Part shown: positions 1-10,432 of the stretch, one piece after another
How the letters are laid out: every line of letters begins with the position of its first letter
How positions within the stretch are numbered: position 1 is the first letter of the stretch
NCBI GenBank assembly: GCA_020891255.1
Contig: BQFW01000002.1
Location: 2,418,001-2,482,000, forward strand
Length of the DNA: 64,000 nucleotides
Origin: Entomortierella parvispora E1425
Lineage: Eukaryota; Fungi; Mortierellomycota
Direction of reading: 5' to 3'
Made by a program: the position numbers and the translations under genes
The notes under the pieces: generated by a model
Databases searched by the model: none
What the model saw: the letters and a program-made list of their open reading frames with translations, nothing else
What the model was told of the DNA's origin: nothing

Positions 1-138
1 TGACTGTCAGCCTCGAAAGGATTGCTATATCTACCTTTTTTTTTTGTTTCTTTTCCTCTCATCTCTTTTTTTCACCATCCATTCTTCCACTGATCCCTTC
101 CCTTAGTGCCCACCTCAACCTATATTCAACATTATCCA

Positions 139-763
139 ATGTCCTCCAACAACTTTTCTTTCACCGCGCCCGTTAACCCCCCAGGCGCAGAGCCTGTCCT
201 CACGCGTTCCCAGGTCTGGGCGGGCCTCCAGCGCAAGGTCCGTCATGCGGACGAGTTTGTGCCCATGATCCTCACTTGCGAGGTCGTCTCTGAGGAAGCC
301 AATGTCGTCACCCGGGTCATCACGATTGAGAACGGCCAGTCTCCGATTCGAGAGGTTTGCACAGAGTATGAGCCCTGTCGCGTTGAGTTTGTCTTGGAAG
401 ATGGCTCCAAGGTCCACCACCTACTTGGCGTGGGAATGTCACCCGACAACACAGCAATCGACGAGGAACTCTATTTGACCTATGCCTTTGAATGGAAAGT
501 ACCTCAGGGTGTTACCAAGGGAACCCCTCAGTGGAATGAGATGGTGGCGAAACATACCAAGGTACACAAAGAAAAAAGAGTGGCACAGGCATCCTTTTGC
601 TCTTCAAGGCTTTGGCGTTTTTTTTTTTTTTGTTCCTGTGCTCAAAGTAAACTAATTTCCTGGGTCTTCTCTACTTTGACTATTCACATCATAGATGTCT
701 ACTGGATCTCTGCTGAACAGCCTGAAAGTCCTGAGGAACATGGCCAAGGATGGTCGTATTTGA
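139..763 (+). CDS. AtaL/DUF1857-family protein (SRPBCC/Bet v1-like fold), 2 exons (139-561, 695-763)
   Basis: N-terminus FTAPVNPPGAEPVLTRSQVWAGLQRKVRHADEFVP and REVCTEYEPCRVEF are typical of DUF1857. A GT(562)-AG(694) intron joins exon 1 to MSTGSLLNSLKVLRNMAKDGRI*, which resembles the family C-terminus. Confidence 0.8.
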
Positions 764-1241
764 TCAGCCCAAAAAAAAAAAAAACTTGGTGTTACATCCT
801 GTAATAAACGTCCAACAGGCAAATTCTAGAAAAAGTTGATTCGAGTGATGCAGGCCTGTGCTGTAAGCAGCTCTCTCACCAAGGAGCGGAAGCGACGAAA
901 CGATCTTGGCTGGGACTGGATGTGTGGAGCGGAGTAGTCCAGTACCAAGGGCGAGTTCGTTTTCAACAAACCGAAACACGGCAAAATCAACCTGCCCTGA
1001 AGACACTTACTTGTTCACATGTTCACCCATAAGATACTTTTGATGCCCCTGAACATGATGCCGTGTGCTCAGATCAAATGTGGCCTCCGTATCCGGTCAG
1101 AGACTCTGCCAAATAAAAACTTTGTCTTTGGTCCAAAAGCCTGAAAGCCAAACCAAAAACCAGCGCCACCACTTCGAGTTGAAGAGAATAAAAATTATAT
1201 TTACTTGTTTCTACATATCAAGTGCTCGTCGACACCATCAT

Positions 1242-1976
1242 TCAAGGATTGGTTGCGGCGGTGTAACCAGGGGCCTCTTGTCGGCCGTACACGTCTACAA
1301 CGGTGCCACCAAGAACATTTTTTGGTGTATACATTGGTAAGAGGTCCCCAGACGTCTCGTCTTGATGTGGTTCGTGCGCGGACAGCGACAGGTCTGGTCG
1401 ATACTCGTGCACTCCCAGGGGAATAGCACCAGGCTCATCCATCTCTAGTCGGGCCAATCGCAGCCTCTCTTTGTTTTCTCTCCTTTCCTTCCTCGCAGCC
1501 AGGAAGGCTGTGTCGTTGCTCAATTTCCAGCACAAATAGTTCTCTCTTGTAATCACGAGGGAGTTCAACACAAGAAAGCTTGCAGTGAGGGTCTGAAGGA
1601 AGCACAAGGCCTGGGAATACTGACGTTCGTCGAGAGCAAGGCAACTCAACTTGCCTTCGGATCGGAGTTTTCCAATTTTGACAAGGAGCCAAATCCCGAT
1701 CACCATGTCGGTGATAGCAAGGGCTAATCCAAAGGTGAGTCGGAAAATATGCCAGAAGCGAGCACGAGTCGATTTTGAAGGGGTATCGGTTGCTCCCATC
1801 GTTGTTGAGAGGTCGGAAGATGGTGATGTTGTGTTCATAGCGTTCCCAAAAAGACCCTGGACAATCCACACCAAGAGCCCAATCAAACAGAGACCAAGGA
1901 CGAGACCATGAAGGACCATTTGTGCAAGGTTCAGGAACTCTTGATTTTGAATTTGACTAGCAGAGATGGCAGCCAT
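1242..1976 (-). CDS. Uncharacterised membrane protein with several hydrophobic helices and a cytosolic tail
   Basis: Single ORF with hydrophobic segments (MVLHGLVLGLCLIGLLVWIVQGLF; FRLTFGLALAITDMVIGIWLLV; LCFLQTLTASFLVLNSLVI) and a tail containing LPMY and PGY. The start is placed at MAAISAS and is uncertain. Confidence 0.7.
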   Translation of the reverse strand: MAAISASQIQNQEFLNLAQMVLHGLVLGLCLIGLLVWIVQGLFGNAMNTTSPSSDLSTTMGATDTPSKSTRARFWHIFRLTFGLALAITDMVIGIWLLVKIGKLRSEGKLSCLALDERQYSQALCFLQTLTASFLVLNSLVITRENYLCWKLSNDTAFLAARKERRENKERLRLARLEMDEPGAIPLGVHEYRPDLSLSAHEPHQDETSGDLLPMYTPKNVLGGTVVDVYGRQEAPGYTAATNP

Positions 1977-3102
1977 AGTTGTTATGGACAAACTTCCACA
2001 GCTTATGAGACCAATTGCCACCCGGAGACTGGGCAAGGCTCTGTATGGGTTGGTGCTTTTACTAGTGGTACAACCCATGGAGAGATAAAAGATGAGGGAC
2101 AGCAGTGGGTGGGTGTGGTTTTACGGTTCCTCCAAGAGGAAAAGAAAGGGAGGGGAAGGCAAGAAAGAGAGAAGAAGAGACCCTCTTCTTTATATTTATT
2201 ATATAAAGGCAACCCCGTCCCAGAAACAGAGCGAGGGCGTTCTGACACTACGGCAATGTTTCTGGTTCTTCTGATGATGATATGGAAATTTAAGCTTTTT
2301 CGACTCTTGCTAAAATCCCAGCAAAACCCCGGGAAATGCTTCTTGGAAGCAGAAGGTCCTTCTTGCGACTGAGTTCAAATACGAGCTACTTGCTGCCGAA
2401 GATCGTTTTGGTCGACAAAGCCGAAATGGATTTGGAACAATCGAGGTCAGTTGCCTTCTGTGGACCAAAAACAAAGGACCAAGCAATGTCTTTGCTGCCG
2501 TAGCAGCCCTGTTATTCAACTAGGGCGAGGTGGAAAATAGTCATTCGGCAACTCTGTAGAGCCATTGTTGTCTCGGACATTCTGTCTCATTATGATCGAC
2601 TTGTGTGATGTTGAGAAAAGATCGTGCATCCTTCAAGAGCCTAGGTTGACTAGAATAGAGCTTGTGCAACTCTTTCAAGTACAAACAACTTGGACAGGGC
2701 GCTGCGATTGTTGCACTGAGTGCAATACAACTGCTGCTTTGGCCATCCTACTGCCAAGGCAGGTCTCGACTCCCACAATAGAAGACCAATTGTCCTTTAT
2801 CCATTGGCAGCCGAGTGCTCACAAGGCAAGTTCCGAAGTTCATTTATGCCTGGAGTGAAGTGCATTTCGGGCAACACGTGTGCCTCCACTGTCGCAAAGC
2901 AAGGCGCGATCGATCGACAATAAACGAAATTACAAATAATAGGGCACTGCCTAGAGGGTTGTGACAAAGCGCGAACAAGAGTTATCGCGATCAACATTTG
3001 GTGAAGCACCAGGCAAGCTATTATTATTTTTCTTGGTGAGAGAGTAAGGAGAGTCTGTCTTGAGAACTTAGTTGGCAAGTAATTGATAAATATAGGATCC
3101 AC

Positions 3103-3148
3103 CAGGTCAGCGCGTCCACCCGAGGAGTCGGGTGGACGCGCTGACCTG
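3103..3148. repeat. Perfect 21-bp inverted repeat with a 4-nt loop
   Basis: caggtcagcgcgtccacccga-ggag-tcgggtggacgcgctgacctg. The arms 3103-3123 and 3128-3148 are exact reverse complements. Confidence 0.95.
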
Positions 3149-3731
3149 ACCCGACTCGAAAGATTATTGTCCCAAAGCTGAGGCGACGAAGAGAGATGGG
3201 CGATGACCAAAGTCAAAACATAATAAAGAAGGCGAGAGCCATCTTGGAAGGCTGCCTTTGCAACAACGGCGGCAACTGGGGCAAGGGGGAGGAATGAACA
3301 ATTGCGAGAGCAGAGGAACAGACGAAAGAGACGAGAGCACAGAAGACAGAGAGGGAGAGAGTCGATCCACTGCTGCGTAGTGCGGTCGCACCATGCAACC
3401 AAGGTGCTCTCGGCGGCCATCACAGGCACACAAGAGCGGCTCAACCAGACACAACCAAACAGCCATACAAACAAACAGGAATCGGCTTGAGCGATGCCTC
3501 CAGGATGCCATGGACGGATGCATCCGATGGCCCATGGTCTAGCTCCATTGCTTCCTCTCTCTTCCGCTGTTTTTGTGCAAAGCCCTGGTTCACTGCTCTT
3601 TATTTTCGCTAGCTAATTCCGTGGCCTACCTCGACTTTGTTCTTGCGCTCATTCATCATTCCATAGCTTCATTCATTCCGTTCATCTTTCCACCACCCAC
3701 CCTCATCACTCATCACTTCTCCACTCTTTCA

Positions 3732-6213
3732 ATGCCTTTTCAGATTATCTCACAGTGCGAGGACGGTTCCTCAACACAGAGTCCGCCGGAGACTTCCTCC
3801 TCCTCCTCTTCTATATCACATCGCCAAGACCCCTCTGCTCTCGATTCTCAATACTTCGCTAAAAAATACGACTATCCAGTCGAGGGCCATGGAAACATCA
3901 ACTATAAGAATAATAAGAGCAGTTACGTCGAGGATGAACAAGAAGAAACTGAATACGATCCCTATGCGTTCGACGATTACCCTGATTACGAGGAACGTAT
4001 TATCGGGTTGGAGGACACAGACTGGGACGAGGACGAAGATGACGAATCCTCCAGTGCAGGCGACGGTAGTGGAACCTGGCTGGATTTCCTGAATGGCATC
4101 GATCCCAAGAGGGTGGATGACAAGGACAAGCCGACAGGGAAAAAGACCCACCACGTGGTCATTGCAGGAGGAGGTCTAGGTGGCCTGATGCTGGCCAACT
4201 TGTTGGAGAAGGCTGAGATCTCGTATCAGATCCTAGAGCGAGCACCAGAGCCTCAGACCACTGGTAAGATGAAGAAACGCAATCGAGACGATATGTGATC
4301 TTTTTAAACTTCTCTATCCTCACCAAAACACGTCTTCTTTATTGCGTAGGCGCTGTAATGAGTCTATGTGCAAATATCCTTCCAGTCTTTGAGCAATTGG
4401 GCCTTTACGAAGAGCTGAGGAATGTATCTTTTCCTTGTCACAGCTACCGACTTTTCAGGGATGATATGAAAAAGATTGGGTTCTACTCTTCCAAGGGAGA
4501 CAAAGAAATGTAAGAAAGAGAACTGAATCGAGATAGTTAGATCATTTGCTTCTTGCACGACCATCGACTGATCTGCCTACACATCACACATCATCCAAAC
4601 TAGATGCGGCTACGACCGGTTATTGTTTGCACGACCCGAGTTGTACAACATCCTCCTCTCAAAGATCCCCGGCCACAAGATCCATTTCTCAAAACGAGTC
4701 GCCCAGGTCATGCAGGACGAGAATGGAATCACAGTCAAGTGCACGGACAAGTCCTTTTTCAAAGGAGACCTGCTGGTGGGAGCAGACGGTGTCTACAGTG
4801 GTGTTCGCCAAAGTCTCTATCGACAAATGTCAGAAGCTGGCATCCTGCCTGCTTCTGATCTGAAGGCCATGAGCAAGGGATACATTTGCTTGGTGGGCTG
4901 CACCGATGCACTGGATCCACGAAAGTATCCGGCTGTGACCAGCACAACATGTTATTCTGCCATCATGATCTCAGACAAGGACCCGTTCACGGTATGTAGA
5001 CGCCATGTCTCTCTAGTTACGATGGGCATGCCACCTTTTGCAGAGACTAACCTTCATAGCACGTTTGATCCTGTAGTGGGCCACCTTTACAATCCCTGGG
5101 CACAAGATCTGTTGGAATGTAAGATAGATGATGGACGGGACGCTGCGAATGCAGTTTAGTTCTCCTAACGCGAGTGTTTTTAGCACTAACATATCTTACT
5201 TCTTACTGGATGTCCTGCTCATAGATCGTCATTCAACTGACGGACAAAGAGTCCGAGGATGAGCAATTTCGAAACTCGCAATGGAGCTCTGAACTCGGAG
5301 AGAAGTTCCGAGCGCAGATTGATCATTTTAAAACGCCGTTTGGGGAGCTGGGAGGGCTCATAGATGCAACGCCAGCAGACAAGATCAGTAGAGTCTTTTT
5401 GGAAGATAGGCTATACGAGACCTGGAACCATGAGCGAGTCGTACTTATAGGAGACGGTAAGTTGAGCTGAGCGAGTTCCGCCATGATCAAATAAAGGAGA
5501 CTTTGTGGTTCCCCCTTCTAACATGTTCTATATCTGTTTCTTTCTTTTTTTTAGCCGCACACAAGGTAGGATTATGTGGCCGTTCAACTCCTTCGATCAG
5601 TGGCAGCTAGAGTCTTTGACCGTTGTACAAGGGTCTGATATCGGCTTCTGTTTTTCTTTTCTTATAGATCCTTCCTTCGACTGGTCAGGGTGCTGTGGTG
5701 GCTCTCTTGGATGCTGTGGTGCTGGCAAATCAGCTCTACGAGTTAGATGGCGGCCCTCATGAAGCGATCGTTGCTGCTTTACAAGACTACCGTCGCCAGC
5801 GGTTCAAATACGTAAAGAGACAGCATGAGGCAGCAACATTGAATGCCAAAATTCAATTCGGACATGTAGGTCATCTTTGGAAATGGCTGCAAAGGACCAC
5901 CGTAATAACATGAAGGGTGGTGAGTCTTACATTTTTTTTTGTCTCATTCTCTTTGCATTTTCTACAGACATTTCTTGAAAGAGTTTTGCGCCACACCGTC
6001 ATGACCTACCTTCCACGGTCATTACAGAAGAGGCAGATGCTCAAGGATGCGACTTACAGACCAGAGGCGACATTCTTACCACCGGCACCTAAGCGCGGTA
6101 CTGGACCCGTTGTTCCTCAAAAACGATCCAAAAGATATGCACGAGAGCAGGCAGAGGCACTTTTAGCATCAGAGGCACCATATCTACCCCAGGTTGGAGC
6201 TGAAGCGGTTTAA
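3732..6213 (+). CDS. FAD-dependent monooxygenase (FAD_binding_3, group A flavoprotein hydroxylase), about 8 exons, with an acidic N-terminal extension
   Basis: VVIAGGGLGGL Rossmann motif, LLVGADGVYS (DG motif), and GD|AAHK|ILPSTGQG assembled across an 11-nt microexon (5555-5565). The frame stays open across all GT-AG junctions I traced. Confidence 0.9.
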
Positions 6214-6546
6214 ATAGAGCAGGATATTGATCCAAGTCATCTCTACCGATCTTGTGGTTGAATAAAACCTGTGCCTCAAAAGGCCATGACCATTGTCCTA
6301 TTCATTTGATCACTTACAAAAGTCGCGTTTCCTGTCGTCTCTATTTATTCTGGTTGTTATTTAACCACGGAGGCGATCATGGCTGGCGAGTTGCTGAGCA
6401 GGATGGCTATAGAGAAGTGGGCCAGTGGCAGACAGGTATTTATTGCAGACTTTTTTTTTTCCAGATCAAGCCAAGTTTAGACTGTGGACAAGAACTGAAA
6501 AACAAATATGGAACAGTGTTGTAGGTATCTATGGGTATCATTCTTT

Positions 6547-9301
6547 TTAGCGATGGAGCTCGGCCAGAGAAGCATTCCTCTTCATGAGCATGGCAATCCG
6601 CTCAGGTTTGATGGCCACAGCCGAAAATGTCTCGGGCACCATGCCAACAGGAAAGCTGCCTCTTCTATAGACCATGTCGAACATTGGCAGTTCTGTGGCA
6701 GCAACCGTCCTGACGGCTGCATGCTTGGCAAGTAGCACGGGAGCTTCAAGAGTTGCTCGATCCTGAATCTCACGATCGATCTCCTCTTCTTGTGGCACTT
6801 CAGAGTCTTCCGGAGGAACCAGGGCTGGGTCTGACAGGGGCTGATCAACTGCCGTATTGCTATCGTGGGTCACGGTTTGGTCATCCTTGGGCGAGGATTC
6901 TCTATCGAAAAACTCCTTGGGTAAAGAGTTCCGATAACCTTTGTAGCTGTGTCTCTGTTCTAGAGTCGAAACGAGACTTCGCTCGGCCGAGGCGCATTCT
7001 CGAGATTTAGGTAGATTATTGAAAGTTTCAATGACATCCTTCTGTGAAAGAAAAGAGGAGGGCCACTCTGTTAGCGATTGAACTCCAAAAGAGGGATAGA
7101 GAGAGGAGGGGATTGGGGAGCAAATCACACTATACTCTGGATAAGAGTGTACGTACCACGATGACTCCCAATTTTGCGTCCCTTACGGCACGCTCCAGAT
7201 CTTGTCCAGACATATCAGTCACGACATTTAGAAGGTTTTGTTCCTTGGAGATCATAGGACGACGACCGCAATCGGTCACCCAGCTGTCTTCCTATTGATT
7301 TTCAAAAAAAAAAAAAAGAAAGAAAAAGAAAAATAAAGTGTGGAATGAGTATGGGTCTGTGTTGCCCAGAATACACAGACAGTCATGCATACAGGACTTG
7401 AAACTATTTACCCTCAGCTTGTCCATGGTAATCCTTTCAAGTGGGTTCTTGTGAAGGATTTTCTTGAGCAATTCCCTGAAGTAAGGATCGTCGATCCTTG
7501 GGTCTGCAAAATCATCTTCCATAATCACATTCGAGAATGGTTTTCCACCTTTTTGGCTTGAAAACGGAGCTCTTCCGCAGCACATCATGAATAGGGTCAC
7601 TCCCATAGCCCAGATATCCGACGCCGTAGTGAAGAGGCATTTGCTATTGCAGTCAAGGAAGGCGTGTTCAGGTGCCCTGAAAGCCTTCGATCCTGTCCAA
7701 TTGCTCTGCACCATGCCGTCACTCTTGGAGAACATGACGGAGACACCGAAATCGGCAATCTTGATCTTGCCATTGGCACATCGAAGGATATTAGCCGGCT
7801 TGATGTCGCGGTGGATGATATTGTGCTCATGAACTATGACATGTCAAGTCAGTTAGACAATCAAGCAACATGCCAGAGAAAACATTCACCAGTAGCAATG
7901 TTTTAAAGAAGATATACGTACGGTACTCTACTCCATAGATCACTTGCTGAAAGCATTCTCGGGCGTCAGATTCTGACAACACATTTGGGCATTTGACTAA
8001 CTCGCCTTGACACAGCTCAAATACTGTGCCAGATGAGAATAAAGAGAGATGGAGAAAAATAGAGTTAGCTTCACAATGAACCAAAAAAAAAAGAAAAAAA
8101 AAAGGGCGAAGTAGATTTACCGAGAAGCATGGTGTTGATGTCAGAGCATTCCAAAGCCTCGTAGAGTCGGACAATGTTTGGATGGTTGAGCTTTGTGAGA
8201 ATGGCCACTTCGCTCTTGATCTTTCCAGTGGGTTTCCCTGGGCCACCCTGCGCTTGAGGGGTGATTTGTTTCTTGGGGCACTTTCCACGAGCAAGCTTGA
8301 TGAGGTTGCTGGAATGTCGATTTTTTCTAATGTTCTCGAATCCTAAGACCTTTACCGCCTGGATACCAAACGGTGGGCGAAGGAAAGAAAGAGAGTGAAG
8401 GAAAAGAAAAACAAGATATCCATCGTTGTCAGTTGGAGTCTCTGCCAGGTTGGAAAACGCAAAGGGCATTTGGCATGTGCCATCATACAAAAGCCCTTCC
8501 TGTGATGCGATCCTGTCCTTTGAAGACATGTCCAAAGCTACCGCGTCCGAGAAGCTCATCCAGGTCGTACTGTTCCACCTGGATACGGCCACCGTTCACG
8601 ATAGGCTGTACATTGACGGTCATTTTCACAAAGCGCTCAGGTCTCTCAAACATCAGTGGCGCTTGTGGGGGGTGAGCAGCTCCTGCATGCACGGCAGCAA
8701 ACGGCAGAGCGATTTGGGCCAAGGCAACGATAGTTCTCTCCTTCGAGGATGGGACAAGGTCTGGTCTAGGAACAACGATCGGCATTCCTGGGAGGAATTG
8801 ATCGACAGACTCCAATGCTCCGTGGCCTGCTTTCAGAAGTGCAGCAGCGACAATATTCTTGGGCGGTCGAGGGGCAGGGGCTGTAGATGATGTCCGACGC
8901 AGGAGCGATTTAACAAACTTTTTAGACTTTTCGCGCAAGGAAAGTTTTGTCGCAGACTCAAGACCCTGGATGTGTTCCTCCAACGAGACGATCTTGGCCT
9001 TCAACGCTTCGTTCTCTTGCTGGACTTTGTTCTTGATCGACAGGAGGTCGTCCTTGGCTCTCTTTAATTTCTCCAGGGCAATGTCCTGTTCGTTCAACTG
9101 GTTGGCCTGGCGCTCTGCTTGCAAGCGAAGCTGTCCCAGCTCGCGTCGTTCCGCAAATATCTTTAGTTGCTCAAGCTCTCCTTCTGCTGGAGGAGGGGCC
9201 GACAGGATGGAGAACAGAGGGTCAGACTCCATGTCACTGACCATGACGTTGTCGGAATCGAATTGGGCACCTCCAAAGACAAGGTTGGAGTCGGAGGTCA
9301 T
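6547..9301 (-). CDS. Ser/Thr protein kinase, CAMKK-like (Ssp1/Sak1/CaMKK group), with an N-terminal coiled coil
   Basis: LGRGSFGHV, AVK, EVAILTKLNHPNIVRLYE, HRDIKPANIL, DFG, GSKAFRAPE and SDIWAMGVTLF are spread over several exons. An insert after the VAVK lysine is typical of CAMKK kinases. The start codon is uncertain. Confidence 0.85.
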
Positions 9302-10432
9302 GGCAGGTAAGAGGGACAAGGTCGGATAAGCGTGTATGCTTGCAGGAGGTAGAGTGGAGAGAGGGGTCGGGAGTCAAAAAGGAAGAGTCAATTGGAGTTG
9401 AGGATGGGGGTACAAGAGGAGAGGAGAGGGGTGCTTATAAGGGCAGAGAGGAGAGAAAGAGGGAAAGAAAAAAAAAGAAGGGAAGAGATGGAGGAAGTAG
9501 AACGGTGTCACATGGATGAAGGTGCGACAGTTGAAGCGGATGCAGGCGAATGGCAAAGCGCTTGTCCATGCGCGCAACGGAATGAGGACATGAGGGCAAA
9601 GTAAAGGTCTAAATGGCGGGCCAGGGGGAAAGACACGAAAGACCCAGCAAGGGAAACGGCAGGACCCAGGGGAACAAGCTGACCAGAACAAAAAAGAACG
9701 TTGGCAGAGCCCGAGCTGTGGTTGTGCCTGACCACAGTGGCGAGACGAGGTGGTCAGCGTAGACTATCAAGGCATAGGGTCTGGCCTTGGGGGCGTGGGT
9801 CCGGGAGCATTGAAGGGTGCCTGTGACAGCAGTCGACTGGGAAAGGCAAGGGAGGATGGAATGGAGTGAAGGAAGGAAGGGAGGGGAGGGAGGAAGGGGT
9901 GAAGGAAGAAAACGATGGAAAGGAGCAAAGGAAAGGTGACGGACGAAGGAAGAAAGCGAGGGAAAAAAAAGCCATGGAAGTGCACGATGGAAGGGCGAAG
10001 CGAAGAATCGAAAAAAAACGCAGATCTGCATTTGTTGGCTATATCTGTGGACATGCTCGTATCTGTTGTAAGTATTTCTCCAAGTGAATATCACCATGTC
10101 CCGGACGTGTCTTGTTCGCGAGCAACGCACACGCACTCCCAGAGCCAATGGGTTCTCGCCATGGCAGATCACCTGCACTTGCAACCTGCACTGGCACTGG
10201 CGGAGAGACACACCCCGATGGCGACCAGGTGGGCTACTTCTCAGATTGGTGGCGCACCTTCCATCGTTCATCCCATCACATCACCCCAAAGGGGGCCCCT
10301 TGGTGGACCTCCTCCTCTCTTCACTCTTGTCCTTGTGCACCTTGCTTCACTCACTCACTCACTCACTCTCACTCACCCCCATCCCTCCCTCCCCTCCCTC
10401 TCCTCGTTCCTCTCTCGTCAGTAATCCTCTCC

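Noticed and set aside
2274-2372. C/D snoRNA candidate (ATGATGA...CTGA); a similar pair near 14111-14143
   Set aside because: The first has no terminal stem or recognisable rRNA guide. The second is only about 35 nt long.
2565-3535. Several 60-225-aa ORFs between the 4-TM gene and the monooxygenase
   Set aside because: No family motifs, they overlap on both strands, and the composition follows promoter purine/pyrimidine tracts.
9879-9899. G-quadruplex motif GGG-A-GGGG-A-GGG-AGGAA-GGGG in the kinase/PAH divergent region
   Set aside because: Purine/pyrimidine tracts flank nearly every gene in this window, so one match is unremarkable.
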